From a virus (lineage: Duplodnaviria > Caudoviricetes), in IMG/VR virus record IMGVR_UViG_3300010885_031309: a stretch of DNA of 64,000 nt. One strand, written 5' to 3'. The notes beneath the pieces were generated by a model. That model saw only the letters and a list, made by a program, of their open reading frames with translations. It was not told where the DNA came from and ran no database searches. A program made the translations under genes and the position numbers. Below, one piece after another: positions 48,866 through 56,637 of this stretch (within the stretch, counting starts at the first letter, position 1; each line of letters starts with the position of its first letter).

Positions 48866-49600
48866 TTACACAATTGTTCTTTCACACTCAGAGTGATCTT
48901 TTGCAAACACTGCAAGTTGAGTTCTGTTACGCACTTTGTATTTTTTTAACAGAGCACCCATGTGTAACTTTACGGTGCTTTCGCTAATGTTTAACATTTT
49001 TGCAATAACTTTATTACTAACACCGCGACTGGCAACAATGTTAAAAATTTGCCGCTGTCTTGGAGTAAGATTAATGAAATTTTTAACTTGATCCGTTCTT
49101 TTTTTACGAGTCAGCATTTCTTGTACTTGTGCGGGTAGCGTGTTATCATTGATAATGATGCTTCGCAGTGAATTGGAAACTTCATCGTCGCTGTACCCAT
49201 CTCCAGATCTTAACCCAATAAAAGAAATCATCGGTAGCGACATAATTTCTTTAATAAGCTCAGTTGGTGTTTTTGTTCCAACTAAAATAACAATCTTGGT
49301 TTCTCTGCAACACAGTGTTTGCGTATCATCTTTGACATGAGTGCATGCCAGTAAAGTTGCTAGTGTGTTTAGTACAGCAAACACATCAACATTGTTTACA
49401 CAGTGTAACTGTTCCAAATCAATACTTATATAATCACAGTAAAAAGTTTCACTACTAAGTAGCGGTAATAATTCATTTATCGTGTTCAATAAAATAAACG
49501 AGATTGGAAATTCTGTGGTCAGTCTATCTATTAATATTTTTTTCTGCTCATGCTCAACATTCGGACAAATAGTTACCATGATTTTTTTATTTTCAGTCAT
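48866..49600 (-). CDS. LuxR/NarL-family HTH regulator with degenerate receiver-like N-terminus
   Basis: LTPRQRQIF..VA.RG.SNK.IA.MLNISESTVKLHM..LLKK.KVRNRTQLA. Confidence 0.85.
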   Translation of the reverse strand: MTENKKIMVTICPNVEHEQKKILIDRLTTEFPISFILLNTINELLPLLSSETFYCDYISIDLEQLHCVNNVDVFAVLNTLATLLACTHVKDDTQTLCCRETKIVILVGTKTPTELIKEIMSLPMISFIGLRSGDGYSDDEVSNSLRSIIINDNTLPAQVQEMLTRKKRTDQVKNFINLTPRQRQIFNIVASRGVSNKVIAKMLNISESTVKLHMGALLKKYKVRNRTQLAVFAKDHSECERTIV

Positions 49601-50107
49601 TTTAGTTCCTTCGGTAGTATACTAAGTATATAGAATAATTGTAGAGTTGAATAGCTATGCCCAAGTATGACATATACTAAAGTACTAGTATGTTATACTG
49701 TAAAAAAATAGTGTTCAACACAACAGTAACTAATTTTAGTAGTGTTTGTATTAATATACAAATTCAAAATCATTGGTGTTTGATCTAGATCAAGAACATA
49801 CTGTTCCAATCTAAGATCATGTCGTTTTCTCAGTCTAAATGAATTATTTCTTAGAATTTTGTTTAATCTTAACGATTACAAATTGAGCATCGTATAAGTT
49901 ATCGTCTCCTTCCGTTACTTCATCAATATACTCAGCAATCATTAAATCTTGTAGAGCAATTGACAATTTAAATTCTTCTTGAGTCAATGATTGTTGCCAT
50001 GCGTTCAACTCGGTGACCGAATTGATTGACCACATTTTTACAATCATCTCACGCTGTCGCGTTGTTAGATTGTCTATGTTCACTCGTGTTAAAAGATAAT
50101 TATGACT

Positions 50108-50392
50108 TTAGTGTAATACTTCTACTATATTTCCAAAATCATCAATTGCTTTTTTCAGTTCTTCAGGAGACCAACCATTATCTACAAGAATTTCTATCAT
50201 TCTGGTGTAGAGTGTAAAGCATGCCATACCAGGAACATAATTCTCGTCGTTGTTTTCAAAGTCAAACTTTTCCAATTTTGGTAGTATGTCATCATCTAAA
50301 AACTCTTCAGCAATATGATGAGTATAATCAAATTCCCAATCTTCGTAAGTAACTTCTTCAGTAGAAATAATTTCGCTGTTGTCGTTTTTCAT
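50108..50392 (-). CDS. Acidic hypothetical protein
   Basis: GGAG RBS; GATAAATA upstream. Confidence 0.55.
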   Translation of the reverse strand: MKNDNSEIISTEEVTYEDWEFDYTHHIAEEFLDDDILPKLEKFDFENNDENYVPGMACFTLYTRMIEILVDNGWSPEELKKAIDDFGNIVEVLH

Positions 50393-50467
50393 TATAAACT
50401 CCTGTATAGACTATAGTATTTATCTACTATAACACTATACGAGAGTAGTGTCACTATTTTTAAGTAA

Positions 50468-50899
50468 TTAGCGATATCTGTAATTTACCGAATCCTGATT
50501 CTCTCTGAATATTACTGCTCCGTTTTTTAGATGAAATTTACGAGCCATTTCTGTTTTTGGACTTAGCGTCACAAAGGTATTGATATCGCTGTATCGCTGA
50601 TTTATTGCAGATAAACATTCACGCAACAATTTAGCTCCATCACCTGGGCGGTAACTCCATATGGAGTAGAAAACGGCAGTAGTTGGGCACGATGATGTTT
50701 TTATCAAATCAGTAACTGATTCAGGAATAAAATCATGCAAACTAATGCACACCATGCTTGTTGGTCGCTGATCTTCTACCAACGCTGCAATAAATCTATT
50801 TTCAGAAACGCGAAATTCTCTTGAAATTTCCGGCCGTACTGGATCATCAGAAACGAACGCGAGAAGTGGGTCTTGTGAGGTAGTAATAAGATGTAGCAT
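50468..50899 (-). CDS. GNAT-like fold hypothetical protein
   Basis: DDPVRP...FYSIWSY..G.G..L..VTLSPKTEMARKFHLKNGA. Confidence 0.55.
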   Translation of the reverse strand: MLHLITTSQDPLLAFVSDDPVRPEISREFRVSENRFIAALVEDQRPTSMVCISLHDFIPESVTDLIKTSSCPTTAVFYSIWSYRPGDGAKLLRECLSAINQRYSDINTFVTLSPKTEMARKFHLKNGAVIFRENQDSVNYRYR

Positions 50900-51006
50900 A
50901 ATAATCGTATTTATGATGTAGTTAAAAAAATAGCATATTATGTGAAAATAGAGACTATAGTATTTCTACCATAGTCTCCATGTCAAAGTTATTTCAAAGT
51001 CTATTT

Positions 51007-52392
51007 TTAGACAACAGCATATCGTGGCTGATTGATTGTGTCAAGCATGATACTTTGTGGTGTAAACTCGCCTGCTGCAAGTATGCTTTTCATAATAGCA
51101 GGACTAAATCCACTGACTAGCGCAACGCCACTCTTGTTAAATTCAACCGGAACATTACTGTGACTACTGAGATTCCAGAATACAATTCGTGGCACGCTGT
51201 ATCCAGCGGCCTCATACTTGCGTTCAATCATCCGAATTGCGCTATCATTATGTGATGTACACTCGTCAAATTGCATGTCACTTAAAATCAAAATATACTT
51301 TGGCATATCCGATGCTGACACCCGCTGATTGACGGCAACGTTCAACACCGCTTCAAAAGCACCATGCAAATTAGTGCTCATGCCCCAATCAGCCGACTGT
51401 AGTTGGCTGCATTTGCTTAGGATATCTCCTCGCAGGACTTCCAATCGTGTATTCTCACTGAAGGTCAAGAACATATCCTTGAATGGTCCACGATTCTTGT
51501 CTGCACAATATAAACCAAGTGCCACACTGATGTCAATGCACTGTAGATTACGATTTCCACCAACAGGACAACACATGCTGCCACTAACATCTACCATAGG
51601 CAGCACATTAGCATCAGACATATAGTTAGGCAATGCCTCCCATTGTGCTGCGGCAACCTCCGCATCTCCTGCACCAATGCTGCGCACAACATCATGTGGG
51701 TATACGGCAGCAGCATTTACCTTGGCTTGTCCAGTCTTTAGTGCCGTCTTGTATGCAGTATACGCAACTGAAGCATTGCGACTAAAAGCCTTTTGATAAC
51801 GTGCAGCCGCCACGCTTGGCACATGACTAAAGTTGATATTATCCCAATCCTTGGCACACATTTGTGTTTCTACAACCTTAGTCAAATTGACCAGTGTCTT
51901 ACGATATTGCTTTGGAGACATACCAAGATGATCGCGCAATTCAATTGCGATATCACCCTTTCTCGGTAGCCACTTAGCACACAGAGCTTGATTATCTGCT
52001 AGTGCTGCGTCAATCATGTCGTATGCCTTGGTCTTGAATTCCTTAGTTTGGAACACAAGTAGATCATCCCAACGTCCCCATTCTGGAACATGCGGTAGTA
52101 CCCGATCCAATGCTTCTGGATGTAGATTTTCCAAATGCAACAGAATGTCACGGAAAATCTGCCGTTCTCCAGCACCACCACGAACATCCCGCGCCCATGC
52201 AGCAACACGAAGTGCTAGTGTGCGATCAAACTGAAATGCTCGTTCAAACTCTGGGACAATTTGCTTTCCACGACTTGCGCCGATCTTGTAAAAAAGATCC
52301 ACCACTGGGTTTGTGGTTGACTCTAGTGCCGCCATACCGTTAGTGGTACGTGCTTCTACTACTGTGCTTTGTACTGCTTGTGCGAATGTCAT
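51007..52392 (-). CDS. TROVE-like/vWA protein (DUF2828-like, Ro60-related architecture)
   Basis: RDVRGGAGER, GRWDDL, AKWLPR, VDVSGSM (MIDAS), FLTFS, STNL, ILSDMQFD, FWNL, SGFSP. Confidence 0.85.
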   Translation of the reverse strand: MTFAQAVQSTVVEARTTNGMAALESTTNPVVDLFYKIGASRGKQIVPEFERAFQFDRTLALRVAAWARDVRGGAGERQIFRDILLHLENLHPEALDRVLPHVPEWGRWDDLLVFQTKEFKTKAYDMIDAALADNQALCAKWLPRKGDIAIELRDHLGMSPKQYRKTLVNLTKVVETQMCAKDWDNINFSHVPSVAAARYQKAFSRNASVAYTAYKTALKTGQAKVNAAAVYPHDVVRSIGAGDAEVAAAQWEALPNYMSDANVLPMVDVSGSMCCPVGGNRNLQCIDISVALGLYCADKNRGPFKDMFLTFSENTRLEVLRGDILSKCSQLQSADWGMSTNLHGAFEAVLNVAVNQRVSASDMPKYILILSDMQFDECTSHNDSAIRMIERKYEAAGYSVPRIVFWNLSSHSNVPVEFNKSGVALVSGFSPAIMKSILAAGEFTPQSIMLDTINQPRYAVV

Positions 52393-52522
52393 TTCTTTTT
52401 TCCTTTCAGATTAAAGCCCACTTGGGCGATTTTTATACTATAAACTAATTGCTGAATTTAATCTAAGATATAACAGGATGAGCGATACAGATAATTTATT
52501 TGCTGTACTCATCCTACAAAAA

Positions 52523-52551
52523 ATTATACTACACGTTCTTCTGCATTTCAA
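52523..52551 (-). promoter_or_regulatory. sigma70 promoter for the hairpin 2 / hairpin 1 / DUF2828 transcript
   Basis: TTGAAA-17-TATAAT; predicted +1 (~52516) coincides with the first base of hairpin 2. Confidence 0.65.
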
Positions 52552-52748
52552 TAACTTTCGGCTATTCTCTCAGTTGTAGTAGTATAAAAAACAACAGGGT
52601 AGTTTTTGCCTTTTTAGTTCAAGTGAGAAGTCTAACTCACCTTAACTGAACGAAAACAAGATACGCTTCGCTGATTTCTCAGTGCTTATCATGTTTACTT
52701 TAACAGTCGTTGCTGTAATAGAATTCGCTGAACCTACCCTAAAACTCA

Positions 52749-53171
52749 CTAATTTTGTCCTTGATTCTCACCCAGATCATTTTCAAAGATATAGTGGCCA
52801 CCACGCCGACTTTGAACCCAACAGAAACTCCACAACATGTTGTTTTTCATCATGGCTTCAATAATATCTTCGTTGCCACTCCACCCCGCGGTGGAAATAT
52901 TATATTGCCTGAGAGTTTTGCTAGAGTTGTCATCTTTGATCTCTACCTCATGCCATCCCCAGCTAGCAAGATGCCACACTGACTTGATGAACTCAAACCA
53001 GCCACTGGCATCCTCCCAATCCCAAATTTCAATTGCCCTCAAACAATCACGTGTGGGATATCCATCGTTGTCTAATAGATTATTGTCGGCTAAGATACTA
53101 TCTACTTCAGAAATTACGCTTTCGCGCCTCTGTTGTGTCAGATGACGAAACTCTACAATTTTTTCGTTCAT
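52749..53171 (-). CDS. Trp-rich conserved phage hypothetical protein
   Basis: ISTAGWSGNEDII.AM...W...RGGHY. Confidence 0.6.
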   Translation of the reverse strand: MNEKIVEFRHLTQQRRESVISEVDSILADNNLLDNDGYPTRDCLRAIEIWDWEDASGWFEFIKSVWHLASWGWHEVEIKDDNSSKTLRQYNISTAGWSGNEDIIEAMMKNNMLWSFCWVQSRRGGHYIFENDLGENQGQN

Positions 53172-53317
53172 ATCTTATCCGAGAAATAATCAAATTAACA
53201 CATAATCTTCTTTACCACAGCCACACTCTGGGCACACAAAGTCATCGGGAAGTGTTTCCCACACGCCTTCTAGCTCTTCGTTGTGTACGTGATCACATAC
53301 TACACAAACATGATCCA

Positions 53318-53767
53318 TTATAGTGTCTCCAATACTTCTTTGTACGCAGCGGCATGTCGCTGCTCAACTTTTGTCAATGCAGAAAAACGCTTTTCAGCCT
53401 TGAGTAGAACAGCCCTAAATTGTTCAGCATGTTCACGACTCTCTGCTGTTTGCTCTGCTGCAATGTTCGCAGCTTCTAGCTCGCCCTCACGCATTGCCAA
53501 TGATTGAAATTGTGGATACATTTCAGTGTACTCATATGTTTCACCAGCGATTGCCTTTTCTAGGCATTCCTTAGTTGATGGTTTACCAACTAGCAATTCA
53601 AGATGACTCCACGCATGTAGAATTTCCTGATCCGCTGTGTATTCAAAATGCTTTGCTACTTCCTCAAAGCCCTCTGCACGTGCCAACTTAGCAAAGTAAC
53701 GATACTTTACGTGAGCCATGCTTTCGCCGGCCAATGCCGACTCAAGGTTTTTTAGTGTTACTGACAT
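53318..53767 (-). CDS. rbr: Rubrerythrin (ferritin-like, no rubredoxin domain)
   Basis: TLKNL..ALAGES.A..KY.YFA..A..EG, QEILHA, GETYEYTEMYP, ESREHA, VEQRHA. Confidence 0.9.
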   Translation of the reverse strand: MSVTLKNLESALAGESMAHVKYRYFAKLARAEGFEEVAKHFEYTADQEILHAWSHLELLVGKPSTKECLEKAIAGETYEYTEMYPQFQSLAMREGELEAANIAAEQTAESREHAEQFRAVLLKAEKRFSALTKVEQRHAAAYKEVLETL

Positions 53768-53928
53768 ATATTCCTTTTTGTAAAAATAAAACGGGATAGT
53801 TTTTGTCTTTTTAGTTCAAGTGAGAAAACTAACTCACCTCGTCAGGCGAACCCGATCATCCATAGTTTTATAAAATTCGCTGAACCTATCCCAAATCTGT
53901 TTGTTGTTGCGATTTATGTATTATGTCA

Positions 53929-54117
53929 TCATTTGACTTTGTTTTCAACTGTTTTGGATGTATTACTTGACTTAGTTTTAACCAAGTTAGCGAGATTCAT
54001 CCATACCAATCTACTATTGTCTGGGCGATGAACTTCAACAAAATCAACGCCATCAACGCGGCGCCGATTATCAAAGTTTTCACACACCCACATTTCACCA
54101 GTGCGAGGATTAGCAAG
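53929..54117 (-). CDS. Hypothetical protein
   Basis: MKTKSVTL...; AAGGAG RBS. Confidence 0.5.
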   Translation of the reverse strand, partial: LANPRTGEMWVCENFDNRRRVDGVDFVEVHRPDNSRLVWMNLANLVKTKSSNTSKTVENKVK

Positions 54118-54150
54118 AGTTACAGATTTTGTCTTCATAAATATTCTCCT

Positions 54151-54639
54151 TTATGTCGCAATGGCACGAATGCCAACAATTTCTTTCCAACGGTCCGCAG
54201 CATACGATGCAGCAAAAGCACGTGGCTTTACCAATGGCACTACATTACACATGCCCTTTACATAACCAATAGCTTCATTAACAACGATGCTGCTGTTATG
54301 CATTTCATTTGGATTAATGTCCAAGTGAACCTCAACATCAAACGGTACCTCTTTTGCCAACGCTAGATATAGATTGCTGACACGATATACTTCATTCATT
54401 AGTCGCATGCGAGGGCGATCAGCACGTTGATCATAATCACGCTCACGATCAACAGCACCGAAGATTTTACATCCATTTTTGCCATTGACATGTATAACAA
54501 CCGCAGTAATATAATCAGCATACCAAACATTGTTATACTGTAGTCGTTCACTGTCGCAACCAATGTAGATTTTTGTATTGTCGGCCAGATTTTCGCAAAA
54601 TGCGACAACTTCATCAATGTCAATATGCTTCTTATGCAT
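54151..54639 (-). CDS. RNase H-like YkuK family protein
   Basis: IYIGCDS...RLMNEV...EVHLDIN...FAASYAAD. Confidence 0.8.
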   Translation of the reverse strand: MHKKHIDIDEVVAFCENLADNTKIYIGCDSERLQYNNVWYADYITAVVIHVNGKNGCKIFGAVDRERDYDQRADRPRMRLMNEVYRVSNLYLALAKEVPFDVEVHLDINPNEMHNSSIVVNEAIGYVKGMCNVVPLVKPRAFAASYAADRWKEIVGIRAIAT

Positions 54640-54651
54640 GATTATATCTCC

Positions 54652-54939
54652 TTAAAAAACATCATGTCTCTTTGGTTTATTTCTTTCACTGCGGTCTTTA
54701 ATCTTATTTAGATACTCGCGGCCAACTCTACCCGATTCAATATCATTTAGTGCCACTTTAGTTGGAATATGCTGTTGCTTTCGTTGCTCTAAATATTCAT
54801 TCACACTCATATCACTATTTTTCATAGCATCATCTTCGTGCTTGCGAATGCGATGTAGTTCACGCAAACGCTCACTGGCAACCAGAATTAAATCAAATCT
54901 GTTACCAATCATGTCACACATTTTGTTAAAATCATTCAT
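54652..54939 (-). CDS. rpoZ: RNA polymerase omega subunit-like protein
   Basis: IGNRFDLILVASERLREL...PTKVALNDIESGRVG. Confidence 0.78.
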   Translation of the reverse strand: MNDFNKMCDMIGNRFDLILVASERLRELHRIRKHEDDAMKNSDMSVNEYLEQRKQQHIPTKVALNDIESGRVGREYLNKIKDRSERNKPKRHDVF

Positions 54940-54974
54940 ATTTTATCCTAAGTATAATGTTAAATTATAGTATG

Positions 54975-55751
54975 TTATATTATTTTGTCAAGTAAGCTGT
55001 CAACTATTTTACGGCGATGTTCTGAATTCTTGGCACCCATTACTATTAAGAAATATCTAGTGTTATTGTGTACAAACAACATGGTCAAACATCTACCAGC
55101 CGAATTTGTAAATCCAGTTTTGGCTGCCACGATATTTAATCGCCCAGCATACCAATTAGTATTGTTGCTCTGTATCAATACGCTTTTTTTGAGTCCCATA
55201 GCACTGAAAAGCGTAGACCTGACATTAGCCGCCATTTTGTACACCGCCCAATTCTCTACTTCAAGTACTAATTTTTTAATGTCATCTGCACTGCTTTTAT
55301 TATCAGATAATAATCCAGTTGTATCACTGTATCTAGTATTACTCATGCCCAATTCTTGGGCTAATTGATTCATAGTAGCAAGAAAAGCAGTGTATCCACC
55401 TGGAAAAGTTTCTGCTAGTGTTCTGGTCGCAAGATTATCACTTGAAATAAGAGCCAACTCAATCAAATGATTACGGGTAATCTTCATCCCGGATCTTATA
55501 TGTTTACTGGATTCTTTACCTACAACAGTTAACACTTCATCTAAGTCTAGATTGCCTCGTAATACAACCAACACACTCATTAACTTTGTAATACTGGCTA
55601 TAGAACGAATTTGTGCCTCGTTATGACTATCAACTACAACATTGTTGTCTAAATTCAATAACATATAAGACGGAATAGACTCAGACACTCTCTGTGCAGA
55701 ATAACAATTCAATCCAAAAAGAATTAACAATAATGCAATTACAACTCGCAT
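54975..55751 (-). CDS. Peptidase S11 D-Ala-D-Ala endo/carboxypeptidase (PBP7/PbpG-like), secreted
   Basis: Signal peptide; SIASITKLM (SxxK), SDN, KTGFTNSAGRCL. Confidence 0.9.
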   Translation of the reverse strand: MRVVIALLLILFGLNCYSAQRVSESIPSYMLLNLDNNVVVDSHNEAQIRSIASITKLMSVLVVLRGNLDLDEVLTVVGKESSKHIRSGMKITRNHLIELALISSDNLATRTLAETFPGGYTAFLATMNQLAQELGMSNTRYSDTTGLLSDNKSSADDIKKLVLEVENWAVYKMAANVRSTLFSAMGLKKSVLIQSNNTNWYAGRLNIVAAKTGFTNSAGRCLTMLFVHNNTRYFLIVMGAKNSEHRRKIVDSLLDKII

Positions 55752-56144
55752 ATATTATTTACTAAATAACTGTGTGATATCACATACTATACACACCGAA
55801 AACGAATACATATTCCATATATCACTCAGTGAACATGGAATATGCTATATTATAGTTTTTGATCTGTATACAAATGCGATTAGTATGAAATACTTCTGCG
55901 ATTACTCTAGTGCAATAGAGTTTATCAACACTCTAGAACATTAAAGCATTTCTTTTAATTGTTTGCGTTGCTCTGGTGTCAACACCAACTCAAATCGCAT
56001 TTCGGTATTATCATTCCATTGTGTATAAAATCTCAAATGATCAGAAACATTTCCCACGGAAATTGGTTTGACCAATTCAGCATATACACGATAATTTCCA
56101 TTTTCACTGATTAATGTTTTATTACTCATTATTTTCCTTTTGTT

Positions 56145-56234
56145 TGGCGGATAGTGAGGGATTCGAACCCCCGAGGATATCGCTACCCTAACTGCTTAGT
56201 AGGCAGCCGCCATCGTCCACTCGGCCAACTATCC
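56145..56234 (-). tRNA. tRNA-Ser with anticodon ACT (ACU), CCA encoded
   Basis: GGATAGT/ACTATCC acceptor, G73, GCTGC-CTACTAA-GCAGT anticodon arm, long variable arm, TTCGAAT T-loop. Confidence 0.85.
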
Positions 56235-56312
56235 TTATACCATATCGAAACACACTGCCGCAAACTTTCAATGCTGTAGTGAAGTCTATGCCACTCGCAA
56301 TATGCTTCGATA

Positions 56313-56634
56313 TGGTGCCCGGAGCCGGACTCGAACCGGCACGCCTTTTACGGCGAGGGATTTTAAGCGTGTTGTCTCAAAGTTTCCTAAGAGCACGGAC
56401 TATCTCTTTACCTTCAACATTACTTGTTAAGGTAGTGGGCGTTCATGCTGGTTATTAAGAGGGCTTTACCTCTCCAGTAGTCTCTACACCTTCAAGGAAT
56501 GTATTCCTTGCTTGGCTCGCGATTGCCATTTTACAGGCTCTCCCGAGTTAACCCACAGTTTACTCAAACATTTCTGTCTGAGGGGGACGGGCTTTCTGGT
56601 CCTCCCTTGTGTCTACCTATTTCACCATCCGGGC
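56313..56634 (-). tRNA. tRNA-Leu(TAA) interrupted by a group I intron (exons 56603-56634 and 56313-56367)
   Basis: GCCCGGA/TCCGGGC acceptor, A73-CCA, AGGGA/TCCCT anticodon stem, CTTAAAA loop, long variable arm. Confidence 0.88.
56368..56602 (-). mobile_element. Group I intron (235 nt) at tRNA position 31/32
   Basis: P2 CAGACA-GAAA-TGTTTG, P3 GTGGGT/GCCCAC, P7 GACTA/TAGTC, P7.1, P8, P9, P9.0 GTG/CAC followed by the omega G. Confidence 0.88.
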
Positions 56635-56637
56635 AAT

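Larger units (their letters stand above)
52407..53893 (-). ncRNA. Four related hairpin elements (52407-52465, 52474-52516, 52595-52741, 53792-53893)
   Basis: Each has a 7-8 bp terminal stem whose 5' arm is followed by T(A/T)CAGC(A/G)A; copies 3 and 4 share GGTGAGTTAGnnTTCTCACTTGAACTAAAAAG. Confidence 0.6.

Noticed and set aside
52407-53893. Calling the hairpins canonical Y RNAs or tRNAs
   Set aside because: I could not find the conserved Ro-binding bulged-C helix or a complete cloverleaf/TTCG T-loop; they are reported only as candidate analogues.
55773-55784. CRP site (TGTGA-TA-TCACA)
   Set aside because: The spacer is 2 bp rather than the required 6.
56196-56202. Reading the Ser tRNA as an amber suppressor (CTA appears in the loop)
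   Set aside because: The 5-bp stem GCTGC/GCAGT fixes the 7-nt loop CT-ACT-AA, so positions 34-36 are ACT.
56240-56312. Theta/HDV-like ribozyme 3' of tRNA-Leu
   Set aside because: No nested double-pseudoknot pattern was recognisable; the region folds as a simple long hairpin.
56361-56607. Canonical 34/35 insertion for the Leu(UAA) intron
   Set aside because: The 5' exon is followed by GGAC, not CTT, and the whole CTTAAAA loop follows the omega G.
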